From the NCBI GenBank assembly GCA_002269645.1, contig NIVC01000525.1, forward strand, positions 62,001-126,000: a stretch of DNA of 64,000 nt. Direction: 5' to 3'. Under the pieces are notes generated by a model. The model searched no databases, was not told the DNA's origin, and was given only the letters and a program-made list of their open reading frames with translations. The position numbers were made by a program, and so were the translations under genes. Positions 24,501 through 39,500 of the stretch are shown here, in pieces (the stretch's first letter is position 1; each line of letters starts with the position of its first letter). This stretch comes from Macrostomum lignano. Taxonomy: Eukaryota.

Positions 24501-27500
24501 CCACTATACGAGTGGAACTCCTCCTTTGGAGGAGAAAGGAGAAGAACTCCCATCCGCGGAATTCCATTCCCTGAAATCCATCAGCTAAAACTCCATGCCT
24601 TGAACCCCATCTTTCAAATTGTCTCCAAATTCTTTACAAAATCTTTCAAATACCATAGCATAGTCCATTCATTGATTTCCCTGTTTGCAAAAACTGGCTG
24701 CCATTGTCCAGACTCAGACTCTCGTGTCTCTTCTCTCCTCTCTGCGCTCTCATCATTACTCTCTTCTCTCTCCTCTCTCTCCTTTCATCTCTCCTCCCTT
24801 ATTTATCTCTTCTCCATTGTCTTTCGTCTGTACCCTCTCCTGTCTCCTCTTTTCTCTCTTATCTCTCCCCTCATCTCACCCTCTTCTCTCCTGTCTCATA
24901 TCTCATATCTACTCACTTATCTATTGTCTCTCTTCTACCCTCTCTCTCTCTTTTCTTTTAATTGCACCCCAACATTTGCCTTGAATGTGGAATACGTGCA
25001 CCCATCCCCCAATACACAGCGACCCGCGGGCAGAGGTTGGGGTGGCTTTTTTACAAACAGGCTGCAACCTGCAACCCCTCCACTAGAGAGTCAGTGGCCA
25101 CAGAAGGGCCAAAGAAGGTTAAAAGCTGTTTTCTGCCTTTTTAGAGATTTTAAAATGTGAAAATAGAAAATTAAAATAGCCTATAGCCACTTACAGAAAA
25201 TTTGCAATTTTCCCATTTAAGTTTCGACGCTGAGTTGCCAGTAGTCTAGGAGAAAAGTTGCAACAAACAAACAGACAAACATCGCGTCAGTTTTAGTATT
25301 AGTAAAAATGGTCTGTCGTTAGGTAGGTATCTATCTAGTTTCTGCTACATTTCAGGTGACAAGAATTATTTAAGAGTGAATTCACGGTTGCGTGTGCAAT
25401 ATTATAATGCATTAGTTGCCTGAAATTTCTGCAAAAATTCAAATAGCCTGGTGAAACACCTGACAGAAAGCTGTCAACAACTCGCTTATAGACAGGTGAA
25501 ACACCTGACAGAAATCTGTCACCAACTCGCTTATAGACAGGGAAAACACCTGACAGAAATCTGTCACCAACTCGCTTATAGACAGGGAAAACACCTGACA
25601 GAAATCTGTCACCAACTCGCTTATAGACAGGGAAAACACCTGACAGAAATCTGTCACCAACTCACTTATAGACAGGTGAAACACCTGACAGAAATCTGTC
25701 ACCAACTCGCTTATAGACAGGTGAAACACCTGACAGAAATCTGTCAGCAACTGGCTTATAGACAGGGAAAACACCTGACAGAAATCTGTCACCAACTCGC
25801 TTATAGACAGGGAAAACACCTGACAGAAATCTGTCACCAACTCGCTTATAGACAGGTGAAACACCTGACAGAAATCTGTCACCAACTCACTTATAGACAG
25901 GGAAAACACCTGACAGAAATCTGTCACCAACTCGCTTATAGACAGGGAAAACACCTGACAGAAATCTGTCACCAACTCGCTTATAGACAGGGAAAACACC
26001 TGACAGAAATCTGTCACCAACTCGCTTATAGACAGGGAAAACACCTGACAGAAATCTGTCACCAACTCGCTTATAGACAGGGAAAACACCTGACAGAAAT
26101 CTGTCACCAACTCGCTTATAGACAGGGAAAACACCTGACAGAAATCTGTCACCAACTCGCTTATAGACAGGGAAAACACCTGACAGAAATCTGTCACCAA
26201 CTCGCTTATAGACAGGTGAAACACCTGACAGAAATCTGTCACCAACTCGCTTATAGACAGGGAAAACACCTGACAGAAATCTGTCACCAACTCGCTTATA
26301 GACAGGGAAAACACCTGACAGAAATCTGTCACCAACTCGCTTATAGACAGGGAAAACACCTGACAGAAATCTGTCACCAACTCGCTTATAGACAGGGAAA
26401 ACACCTGACAGAAATCTGTCACCAACTCGCTTATAGACAGGGAAAACACCTGACAGAAATCTGTCACCAACTCGCTTATAGACAGGGAAAACACCTGACA
26501 GAAATCTGTCACCAACTCGCTTATAGACAGGGAAAACACCTGACAGAAATCTGTCACCAACTCGCTTATAGACAGGTGAAACACCTGACAGAAATCTGTC
26601 ACCAACTCGCTTATAGACAGGGAAAACACCTGACAGAAATCTGTCACCAACTCGCTTATAGACAGGGAAAACACCTGACAGAAATCTGTCACCAACTCGC
26701 TTATAGACAGGGAAAACACCTGACAGAAATCTGTCACCAACTCGCTTATAGACAGGGAAAACACCTGACAGAAATCTGTCACCAACTCGCTTATAGACAG
26801 GGAAAACATCTGTCTGAAAGCTGACACCAACTCGCTTATAGACAGGGAAAACACCTGACAGAAATCTGTCACCAACTCGCTTATAGACAGGGAAAACACC
26901 TGACAGAAATCTGTCACCAACTCGCTTATAGACAGGGAAAACACCTGACAGAAATCTGTCACCAACTCGCTTATAGACAGGGAAAACACCTGACAGAAAT
27001 CTGTCACCAACTCGCTTATAGACAGGGAAAACACCTGTCTGAAAGCTGACACCAACTCGCTCACAGTTACTCCATGGAGCACCGCATTCTCCTCTCCCCC
27101 CTCCAGAATCACCGCCGTCTCCAGCACTGCTAGCGCGTCTCACGCAGCTGCTGCAGCCGCTGACCCCGGCGCCGGGGGTCGGGGCGACACAGAACGGCTG
27201 GCCATTCGAATCCTGCAGATTTTGCGCGCATTCATTCACAATGAGGAGCGCAAACTGCCCGAGGACTGGGAGGTGCGGATGTCCGAGTTTCGGGTGAAAC
27301 GGTCAGTCTCGGCATCTTAACACTGATGCATGCATGCTTCTTGCTTTGGTTAGAGGCGGCTTTCTTTACATGTGATTGTTGCTTGCAGGGGTTGGTTGCA
27401 GTGTGTTGGTTGGTTGCAGTGTGTTGGTTGGTTGCAGTGTGTTGGTTGGTTGCAGTGTGTTGATTGGCTGCAGTGTGTTTGTTGCAGTGTGTTTGTTGCA

Positions 27501-30500
27501 GTGTGTTGATTGGCTGCAGTGTGTTTGTTGCAGTGTGTTTGTTGCAGTGTGTTGATTGGCTGCAGTGTGTTTGTTGCAGTGTGTTTGTTGCAGTGTGTTG
27601 ATTGGCTGCAGCGTGTTGATTTGTGTTGCTTGCAGGGTGTTGGTTGCAGTGTGTTGATTGGCTGCAGCGTGTTGATTGGTTGCAGTGTGTTTGTTGCAGT
27701 GTGTTGGTTGGTTGCAGGGTGTTGGTTGCAGTGTGTTGATTGGCTGCAGCGTGTTGATTGGTTGCAGTGTGTTTGTTGCAGTGTGTTGGTTGCAGTGTGT
27801 TGGTTGGTTGCAGTGTGTTGGTTGCAGTGTGTTGGTTGGTTGCAGTGTGTTGGTTGCAGTGTGTTGGTTGCAGTGTGTTGGTTGTAATTTGTGTTGATTG
27901 GTTGCTACGTGTAACTACAACTCACCCCTCACTCCCTTAATCTTCAGAGGTCTGAAGAACATTGCGGAAATCCAGAATACGCTGAACTCATTCGACTTGA
28001 TGAAGCACGCGCTGCCACACCTGGCTTCCACGAGCGGCTTAGTTGCTAAGGAGGTTCTTTCACTCCTTGGCATCATGCTATTTAATGCCAACGAGAAAGT
28101 CCAACAGAGCATGCTCAAGTACTTCTTGAACACGAAAGAAGAAGTGTTCTTCTTTGCTGTGCGCAACCGGCTGCAGGTGTCCACCGCAAACATCAAGGAG
28201 AAGCGGCTGCTCATCTCGCAGCAGAAGGCGCGGCAGATGGACGCCAGGAGCCAGGCGGACGATCTTAAGGCCACCATGACTCTCGGGGTGAAAGCGCTTC
28301 AGGTTAGTGAGTTCATGAGTTCATGAGTAAGTTCATGAGTTCATGAGTAAGTTCATGAGTTCATGAGTAAGTTCATGAGTGAGTTCATAAGTTTATGAGT
28401 GAGTTCATGTGTGAGTTCATAAGTTCATGAGTGAGTTCATGAGTTCATGAGTGAGTTCATAAGTTCATGAGTGAGTTCATGAGTTCATGAGTGAGTTCAT
28501 GTGTGAGTTCATAAGTTCATGAGTGAGTTCATGTGTGAGTTCATAAGTTCATGAGTGAGTTCATAAGTTAATGACTGAGTTCATGAGTCTGTTCATGAGT
28601 GAGTTCATGAACTAATGAGCTAGTTATCAGATTAAACTATAAATGGAAAAGTATCGTACAGATAATTATTCAAATCCGAATTGCAGCAAATCCAGCAGTA
28701 TCACGTCGAGATGAAGATTGAGCAGGCCAACAGTGATTTAACTGTGAGTTTTATTAAGTTTATTATAGTTATCAATAATAAAATAATTTTTTCCTGCATG
28801 AACTTATATCCTACTTAGAGTAATGTCGAGGAAAGTAGAATCTTTATGTTAAATATATTCCAAGTTCCATGAAAAATGACTAATCAGTTCAACAAAAAAA
28901 CTTCGCCCACCACGCAGCAAGCAATGGTAAAACTGAAATTAATTTATCCTAATTTTGAGGAGAATGCACTTTTTCTTGAAGTGAAAGTAATAAAAAAGCT
29001 GCATATCCACCTTCACTTCGTCAATACGTATGTACGAGTAATAATGGTGTTGGGCGTCACCTGCACATCCCTCATATTTATTTTGTTACAAATGATAAAT
29101 GACATTTATACTCTAAACTTCACCATAAGTGTTTTTTACTTTTCCTTTATTTATCTTGGCTGTCCAAGCATCCGTTGTTTAACTAAAATAATCCGTGTTT
29201 GCAGAACAATGGAAAACTGATGGTATGGTAAACTACTTACAGTAGCTTTTCTGTGCAAATTAGCTTTTTGTTGCACAATTTATAAATTTAATTTGTTCAT
29301 TAGTTGCAGCATAGATTTGCTCATATAGTTTGTGTTACTGACATTGATGATCGTATTTCCTGTAACCTCAAGTCCTCTTAGTTACTATAAATATTTAGAA
29401 ATGCACCAGCAACACATCGCACTCATGCGTGACGTAGGGAGACAGCATCTGCATATTTCCAAGGTCTATAGCTCCTGTTACCCAGTGCTCGAATCTTTGC
29501 TTTCGGGGGTATAAGTCAGGGTGAAAGACTGCAAAGCAGGAGTCAGTTAAATTATTTGGCTTCTTTGGGGCACCTATTAAAGGATGGTTGCGGAAACCCT
29601 GGAGCAGCGCCTTCGGGGACATTGTCCCCTAACCAGCCCATTCCGCTAGCCGTCCGCCGGTCCGTCCTGCAGCGTGATCTTCCGTGGGGAAGAAACTGGC
29701 TCGTCTTGTTGCCCGAAGGAACTGGATGAGCCGTGGTATGCTGTCGGACTGGCAGACCTCGTCAATGGACGGGTTCGGCCCGAGTTAGCGGTAAAGAAGG
29801 TAAAGAAAGGACAGTGACAAACAAAGTGCTGAGCATCTTCATTGTCGTACTCGCCAAAAGGGCAAAAGTTCACTTTCGAGGTCGCCTCGGAGGAAGCAGT
29901 GCCTGGCGAGGTTGCCATGGCCGGTGAGGGTCATGACAAGGGCTCGGATATCCTTCCGATTTTGGTTCAGAAGGACATTTCTGAGCCTGTATACAGGCAC
30001 GCACTCATACACGCTGCTGCTTCCAGCGAAATTGCACGATTTAGAGTGTGATGCCTTCTGCTTCAGCTGTCCTAAGAAACTTTCCAGAGGGTCTCGAGCG
30101 CTTTCGAGTTAAAACTTGCTTATTTATTTTATACTGATTAAAACAAAGTCGATCAGTGAATGTACTCAAATATGTACTCAATAAATTATAATTGCATGTT
30201 ATTTGTCTAACAATTAGCTTGAAACTCCAGTTTACGAGTACGCACCACCAAGGTTTGCTAATTTAATGTACACTTAGTTACCAAACAGATATTAAATGTA
30301 AACGGAGATATTCTCCACTTGCCTACTAATCAGTAGCATGATCGAATTTTTTTAATTTTAAAATTTAACGCCTGCAGCGCCGGGTCAGCCTCACCCAGAT
30401 GCAGTCGGCGTCCATCACCAAGAAAAAGTCCGGCGTTGGAGGCGTCGCCAGCGGCAGCAACGGCGGCAGCAACGGCGGCAGCAACGGCGGCAGCACGTCA

Positions 30501-33500
30501 GCTGCTGGTCGGCAAGTCGCCTTTGCTAACGGCATCAAAGGTGGGAAGGACGCCGCTGACGGCCTGATGAAAGGCAGCAACGGAACTGACAGGATGGTGT
30601 GTAAATTTCTCTGACTTCCTGACACATGGTATCTACTCATGTCATGTACACTGTGACACACTGTCATGTACACTGTGACACACTGTCATGTACACTGTGA
30701 CACACACTTTCATGTACACTATGACACACACTGTCATGTACACTGTGACACACACTGTCATGTACACTGTGACACACACTGTCATGTGTCATGTACACTG
30801 TCATGTACACTGTGACACACACTGTCATGTTGTCATGTACACTGTGACACACACTGTCATGTACACTGTGACACACACTGTCATGTACACTGTGACACAC
30901 ACTGTCATGTTGTCATGTACACTGTGACACACACTGTCATGTACACTGTGACACACACTGTCATGTACACTGTGACACACACTGTCATGTGTCATGTACA
31001 CTGTCATGTACACTGTGACACACACTGTCATGTACACTGTGACACACACTGTCATGTACACTGTGACACACACTGTCATGTACACTGTGACACACACTGT
31101 CATGTACACTGTGACACACACTGTCATGTGTCATGTACACTGTCATGTACACTGTGACACACACTGTCATGTTGTCATGTACACTGTGACACACACTGTC
31201 ATGTACACTGTGACACACACTGTCATGTACACTGTGACACACACTGTCATGTTGTCATGTACACTGTGACACACACTGTCATGTACACTGTGACACACAC
31301 TGTCATGTACACTGTGACACACACTGTCATGTGTCATGTACACTGTCATGTACACTGTGACACACACTGTCATGTACACTGTGACACACACTGTCATGTA
31401 CACTGTGACACACACTGTCATGTGTCATGTACACTGTCATGTACACTGTGACACACACTGTCATGTTGTCATGTACACTGTGACACAGACTGTTATGTAC
31501 ACTGTGACACAACACTGACATGTACACTGTGACACACACTGTCATGTACACTGTGACACAAACTGTTATGTACACTGTGACACACACTGCCATGTACACT
31601 GTGACACACACTGTCATGTACACTGTGACACAAACTGTTATGTACACTGTGACACACACTGCCATATACACTGTGACACACACTGCCATGTACACTATGA
31701 CACACACTGTCATGTACACTGTGACACACACTGTCATGTACACTGTGACACACACTGTCATGTACACTATGACACACACTGTCATGTACACTGTGACACA
31801 CACTGTCATGTACACTGTGACACACACTGTCATGTACACTGTGACACACACTGTCATGTACACTGTGACACAAACTGTTATGTACACTGTGACACACACT
31901 GCCATGTACACTGTGACACACACTGTCATGTACACTGTGACACACACTGTCATGTACACTATGACACACACTGTCATGTACACTGTGACACACACTGTCA
32001 TGTACACTGTGACACACACTGTCATGTACACTGTGACACACACTGTCATGTACACTGTGACACAAACTGTTATGTACACTGTGACACACACTGCCATGTA
32101 CACTGTGACACACACTGTCATGTACACTGTGACACAAACTGTTATGTACACTGTGACACACACTGCCATGTACACTGTGACACACACTGCCATGTACACT
32201 ATGACACACACTGTCATGTACACTGTGACACACACTGTCATGTACACTGTGACACACACTGTCATGTACACTGTGACACACACTGTCATGTACACTGTGA
32301 CACACACTGTCATGTACACTGTGACACACACTGTCATATACACTTTGAAACCCAGCAGGACGGAGACCAGTCAAGTGCGCACCACCTGGAGGCTGAGAAG
32401 ATCTCCATGAAGGATGATGGCTACGTGGGCCTGGTGCTGAAAGTCCTGGCCAGGATCTGTGACGGACAACACAAGGGCCTGCAGAACTACCTGCGAGAAC
32501 AGCCGGACAATATCAAGTCGTTCAACCTCGTGGCCGAGGTGTCGCAATTCATCAACGTGGCCTACTCCAACATCAACAGCGAAACTATCGAGTTGCTGGT
32601 GCAGCTGTTCACCACTGTGAATGAATTCTGTGCGGTAAGATGAGGTTTTAACAGTTTTGAAAGCTAGTTTCAAATTGCGTGTCTGTTTAGAGTTTCTCTG
32701 GATAGGTTTGTGCGCGAGATGTTAAAACTTATTTTGGCCTTTTTCATACATGTACATGATGTACGTCGTGTATTGAGCGAGCGCAGATACTATAGTAACT
32801 AGAAGGGCCACTTAAATGTAGGCATATTTGATTTGAATAGCCGTCTCTGCAACTTTCAGTTCAGTAGCAATGAAGAATGCGTGCGCTATTTTATGAAAAT
32901 AAAAGAAAAGCCAAGCCTGTTTTGGAGTGACTTGCAGACGTAAACAATTCGCTATTGGTGCAGCCTCAATGTACATTAGCCAGCGCTACTAAGAATGTAC
33001 ATGTCTGGCAACTTTAGGCTGGAACACAACCGGGGAAGGCAATAATAATTGGACGGCGGGGTGGGGCGCTGATTCTATACGAGCATATGGAATCTGTGCC
33101 CAGGGTTAAAGATTTTGAGGGGGGAGCGAATGTCTTGCCCTAAAATAAATTATCTGATAAAATTCTTCCATTTAACTTTCTACTGACAGTAGCTTACACA
33201 CAAATGAGCTGAGTGGCTCACATAGATTCTTATGATGATATTTGAAAATTTATTTATCTAGCTCGTTCACAATATTGAAATCAATCTTGATGTTAATCTT
33301 AGTTTTATCAGTTGCAATAACCGTGCCGCCTACTCATGGTAGAGCATTAAACAGTTTCTCATTAACTTTAAAATCTGATTTCAATTCCGGGTTTCGGGGA
33401 ATCCAATTAGATAATAGTCCTGTCTCAATAGCCTATTTTAACATTAAAACCGTTCTTGCAAATATTTGTAGGAACATTTTCTCTGTTAGCCAGGCGCTTC

Positions 33501-36500
33501 ACTACTAAAAGTAGAAAAAAAGCGCTCAATAGCCGCAAATTGTTTAATATTAATTTTCACACTTTGCTACCGCAGGGCAACCAAGAGAATCGGGCCGCAG
33601 TCTACGACAACAAAATCATAGATTACATTAATTTTATACTGCGCACTTCCGATTTTGAGAATTGCGAGCTGGACCAGATTGCCAGCCTGCGGCAGGCCAT
33701 CGCCAATCTGGTTGTGTCCCTCATTGAGGAGAACTCGCCCGAGGCGGCGGTGATTGGCCGGGAGGTCAAGGACACCCTGGACAAGGAGGCGCTGTACCGA
33801 GTCATGACCGAGTGCTACGAATACTGCCAGAGGGACAGTTCCGGCAAGGAGGGCTGGCTGCGGCGCCTGCTGGTGAGCGCTGGCTGGGCTTGGAGAGGGT
33901 GGGTTGGATTGGCGGCTTAGCGAATGATGGGTTGGATTAGCGGCTTACTAGAATGTGTGTTGAATTGGATTAGTGGCTTAGTAGTGTGTGTTGAATTGGA
34001 TTAGCGGCTTAGTATAGTGTGGGTTGGATTAGCAGCTTAGTAGAGTGTGGGTTGGATTGGATTAGCGGCGGGTTGGATTAGCAGCTTAGTAGAGTGTAGG
34101 TTGAATTGGATTAGCGGCGGGTTGGATTAGCAGCTTAGTAGAGGGTGGATTGGATTAGCGGCTTAGTAGAGTGTGGGCTGGATTAGCGGCTTAGTAGAGT
34201 GTGGGCTGGATTAGCGGCTTAGTAGAGTGTTGGTTGAATTGGATTAGCGGCTTAGTCGAGTGTGGGTTGGATCAGCGGCCTAAAAAATTAACGAACAGTT
34301 TACCGCATAGCATCGCTGGCATTCAATCCGCAGAAGAAGGACGAGAACAAGGAGCTGAAGGACGCCATATTCGATGTTGGCTTCTCATTTTACACCATCA
34401 TCGCCCGCCTGTACGACATCGACCCCGCGATGGGAAAGAAAGGTGATCATCTCTGTGCATGAATTAATAAATATGATTCTATAGCCAGTAGGTATTTTAG
34501 CAACTTTAATTAATTTATTGCTAGCCAAGATAAGACAACTGCTCATATAACTTCAACTTACAGACTCAGATCCCTACGGACGAGGTATGTGAAGCTGCCT
34601 CCACCCCCTTCTCCCCAGAACTTTGAAAGGCGCAGCAGTTTTTAACCTGTAATAATGAGTTGACAGAAAAAACACGCTTACAAACTACTTACAAAACCTA
34701 TTGTCAGTAGTAGTTAAATGAAAATATTAAGGGCTGTATATTTTTGAAATAAACAAAAAATTCGCCATTTTATGCGCTTTCATGCTACTAAGAATGCGTG
34801 TTTAAACTACTTATTGAAACTGAGTTTGATACGTGTTAAGGAATACTTGAGCTTTGTTGTGTGGATAATCCTTACCATATTGGCATTAGCCTTAAATTTT
34901 TGTTGCGCTGAGTACTACTAGGTAATAATTTTGCTAAGTAGAGTATTTCTGTCCAAGCCTTCTAAATTGGCTATTGGGATTCGACCCAACCTAATTTTGC
35001 AAGCACTCCTCCAATACCGCCTTCCTTCTCTGCAATTGGAATGGAATTATTGGCATATCTTATCATACCGATATTAATTTGTTTATGATCAGACTGTTCC
35101 GATATCTGAGCTGATCCCCAGTGCCCGATTCCCAATATCCAATAACCAAATACCTAATACCCAATTCTCAATACACGATACCCATTACCCGATTCCCAGT
35201 ACCTAATACCCAATAACCAATTCTCAATACCCAATACCCGATACCCAATGATACCCAATACCCGAAATCCAATACCCAATACCCGATACTCAATACCCGA
35301 TACCCAATACCCGATACCCAATACCCGATACCCAATACCCGATACCCAATACCCGATACCCAATACCCGATACCCAATACCCGAAACCCAATACCCGATA
35401 CCCAATACCCGATACCCAATATCCGATACCCAATACCCGATACCCAATACCTGATACCCAATACCCGATACCCGATACCCAATACCCAATACCCAATACC
35501 CAATACCCGATACCCGATACCCAATACCCGATACCCGATACCCGATACCCAATACCCGATACCCAATACCCGATACCCAATACCCGATACCCAATACCCG
35601 ATACCCAATACCCAATACCCGATACCCAATACCCGATACCCGATACCCGATACCCAATACCCGATACCCAATACCCGATACCCAATACCCAATACCCAAT
35701 ACCCGATACCCGATACCCGATACCCAATACCCGATACCCGATACCCGATACCCAATACCCGATACCCAATACCCGATACCCAATACCCGATACCCGATAC
35801 CCGATACCCAATACCCGATACCCAATACCCGATACCCAATACCCGATACCCAATACCCGATACCCAATACCCGATACCCAATACCCGATACCCAATAACA
35901 TATTCCAAAAGCGACTAACTGGGACGGGATATCAAATCAAGTCTGCACAAAGTTGTATACAGAATTGATTTGTTAATATTTGCATTGTTTGGCTAATTAT
36001 TTCATTAATTAAACAAGCCTAAAAACATAAATAAGCGCTTGGTGACGGTTCATTGCGTCGGATTGGCATCCGGATTTTTTTACTTTGTTTTAAACAGCGC
36101 CAAATTCGCGCAATTCGAGCGGCAAATAACAGCAAGGCTTTGGCATTCAGAATGATTTTCCTCACAAATCAAAACACTGCATTTTGTCTCACAAAGCGGC
36201 ATGTTTTAACGATGATCTCCATTTCAAACGCCTCGCCCGCAGAGCTCAGAATTTCCGACTCGCAGATGAAAGCGTTCAAGTTTTTCAAGAAGAATTCAAT
36301 GACTATTGAGATTGTGAAAGACTCTAACCTGCAGAAGATTCACTTTAGAGTTCGCAATAAGGTTAGTGAGGGCTGCACCAGGCTTAGCTGCGCTCTTCTT
36401 GATATGAGCTTAGTGGTGTATTTGAATATTTGGTATTGGGCAACGTCAGGGGGAATCGGGTATTAAGAGGGTACTGGGCATCGGATATTGAGTATCTGGT

Positions 36501-39500
36501 ACTGGGTATCGGGTATTGGGTATCGGGTATTGGGTATCGGGTATTGGGTATTGTGTATCGGGTATTGGGTATCGGGTATTGGGTATCGGGTATTGGGTAT
36601 CGGGTATTAGGTATCGGGTATTGGGTATTGTGTATCGGGTATTGTGTATCGGGTATTGTGTATCGGGTATTGGGTATCGGGTATTGGGTATCGGGTATTG
36701 GGTATCGGGTATTGGGTATCGGGTATTGGGTATCGGGTATTGTGTATCGGGTATTGTGTATCGGGTATTGGGTATCGGGTATTGGGTATCGGGTATTGGG
36801 TATCGGGTATTGGGTATCGGGTATTGGGTATCGGGTATTGGGTATCGGGTATTGGGTATCGGGTATTAGGTATCGGGTATTGGGTATTGTGTATCGGGTA
36901 TTGGGTATCGGGTATTGGGTATCGGGTATTAAGTATCGGGTATCGGGTATCGGGTATTGGGCATTGGGTATTGGGTATCGAGTATTGAGGAATCGGGGAT
37001 CGGGTATCGGGAAGCGGGTATCGGGCATCTAGGAATCAGCATTAGCTATCAGGCACTCCTGCATCATTGTTCAGCATTCCCAATCCCGCCGCACCCCAGA
37101 ACGTGCTGAGGGAGGAGGTCAAAGAGAAGCTGAAATGGAACGTAGACCGAAATTCGTCCAGCACGAAGATCCGCGACTTCATGGACTGGACCAAGGCCAT
37201 ACTGAACGACATCCACTACCAGAAGAAGGTGCTGTCCAACCCTCTGACCATCGCCCTCACCCGGCTGTGGCTGATCTGGAACCACTCTGCCACCCTGGTG
37301 GCCGTCATCATCAACCTCATCATGCTCATCGGCCTGGAGGCTCCGCCAGGCGGCGCCAACACACCGTCGCTTGACATCTCGGCGGACGAGTCCGCGCCAG
37401 TGCCCGACGCCTTCTTTAAGTGAGTCACCGATTAGTGCTGTTGCATCATGTGATCGTGTTGTTGCATCATGGGATCATGCTGTTGCATCATGTGATCGTG
37501 CTGTTGCATCATGTGATCGTGTTTTTGCATCATGTGATCGTGTTGTTGAATCATATGATCGTGTTTTTGCATCATGTGATCGTGTTGTTGAATCATATGA
37601 TCGTGTTGTTGCATCATGTGATCGTGTTGTTAAATCATGTGATCGTGTTGTTGCATCATGTGATCGTGTTGTTAAACCATGTGATCGTGTTGTTGCATCA
37701 TGTGATCATGTTGTTGCATCATGTGATCGTGTTGTTGCATCATGTGATCATGTTGTTGCATCATTTGATCGTGTTGTTGCATCATGTGATCATGTTGTTG
37801 CATCATGTGATCGTGTTATTGCATCATGTGATCGTGCTGTTGCATCATGTGATCGTGCTGTTGCATCATCTCTCATAATGTTACTGTATCATGTCACGTG
37901 ATTGCATCATCTTTCTCTCCCGCAGCACCACCGGGCAGTGGAAGGCGGACTATCCCAGCCTGCCAGACTGGCTGATGGCCTTCGCCTACATCCTTGACGC
38001 CCTGTCCATCATCATCCTGCTGGCCTTCTTCGTTGCCAATCATCCGAGGCCGCCAGACCTGGCCAGGCTGGCTTGGCGGCTCCGGCAGTTGCGGCAGAAG
38101 GACCAGGAAGAGGAGAACGAGCTGCGCGAGTCCGGTGGTCAGGACAAGCTGTCCGTGCGCCTGTTCTCCATCGCCACCTTTTACTACATCGTGTTTGTCG
38201 GCTGCGCGTTTGCGGGCACCTTCTACAGTCCGTATTTCTTTGCCTTCCACCTGCTCAACATTGTCAACAACAACCAGATGCTGAGGGGCGTCATTCAGGC
38301 CGTCACCACCAATGGTGAGCCGTTTTGGGGGAGCATTGGTTGCGTCGGCATTGCGTTTGGTCTGTGTCCAGCATAACAGTTCACTCTGTAACATAGAAGG
38401 TGACTCTCTAACATTGAATGTCACTCTCTTACATGAAAGGGTTCACTATCTAACATGGAAGGTCACTCTCTAGCATAGAAGATCACTCTCTAACACAGAA
38501 GGTTCACTCTCTGACATGGAATGCCACTCTCTAGCATGGAAGGTCACTCGCTAGCATGGAAGGCTCACTCTCTAACATGAAAGGGTCACTCTCTAACATG
38601 AATGGGTCACTCTCTAACATCAAAGGTCACTCTCTAACATGGAATGTCACTCTCTTACATGGAATGCCACTCTCTTACATGGAAGGTCACTCTCTAACAT
38701 GAAAGGGTCACTCTCTAACATGAAAGGGTCACTCTCTAACATCAAAGGTTACTCTCTAACATGGATTGTCACTCTCTCACATGGAATGTCACTCTCTAAC
38801 ATGGATTGTCACTCTCTAACATGGATTGTCAGTCTCTAACATGGAATGTCACTCTCTAACATGAAAGGGTCACTCTCTAACATCAAAGGTCACTCTCTAA
38901 CATGGAATGTCACTCTCTAACATGGATTGTCACTCTCTCAGATGGAATGTCACTCTCTCACATGGAATGTCACTCTCTAACATGGATTGTCACTCTCTAA
39001 CATGGAATGTCACTCTCTAACATGGATTGTCAGTCTCTAGCATGGAATGTCACTCTCTAACATGGATTGTCAGTCTCTAGCATGGAATGTCACTCTCTAA
39101 CATGGAATGTCACTCTTTAACATAGATTGTCACTCTCTAACATGAAATGTCACTCTCTAACATGGATTGTCACTCTCTAACACGGAATGTCACTCTCTGA
39201 CATGGATTGTCACTCTCTAACATGAAATGTCACTCTCTAACATGGATTGTCACTCTCTAACACGGAATGTCACTCTCTCACATACAGAGCCAATAGCTAT
39301 GCAAGACTAACAGTGCACATACGTATGAGTTAAGTAAAATGCCACAATTAGTTTCAAAATTATCTATGAATTAGTTTATAAGCCGGCCGCTCAACCCTGC
39401 AGGCCTGTCGCTGGTGTGGGTCTCGGTGCTGGGCATCGCGATCATGTACCTGTACGCGGTGATCGGCTTCGCCAAGTTCCGAATCGCCTTCCGTCCAGAC

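Noticed and set aside
25180-25310. Helitron/Lep1-like 3' tail (ACAAACAAACAGACAAAC...TTTTAGTATTAGT)
   Set aside because: Only a loose resemblance. No clear terminal hairpin, CTRR end or 5' TC boundary was identified.
25447-27060. CRISPR-like array (palindromic unit repeated ~36 times)
   Set aside because: The units are contiguous and near-identical with no unique spacers, there are no cas genes, and the context is a eukaryotic intron. It is a minisatellite. The same applies to 3172-4082 and 12664-12897.
35150-37030. Interstitial telomeric repeat
   Set aside because: The unit TTGGGTA/TCGGGTA is not a TTAGGG-type repeat. Treated as a satellite.
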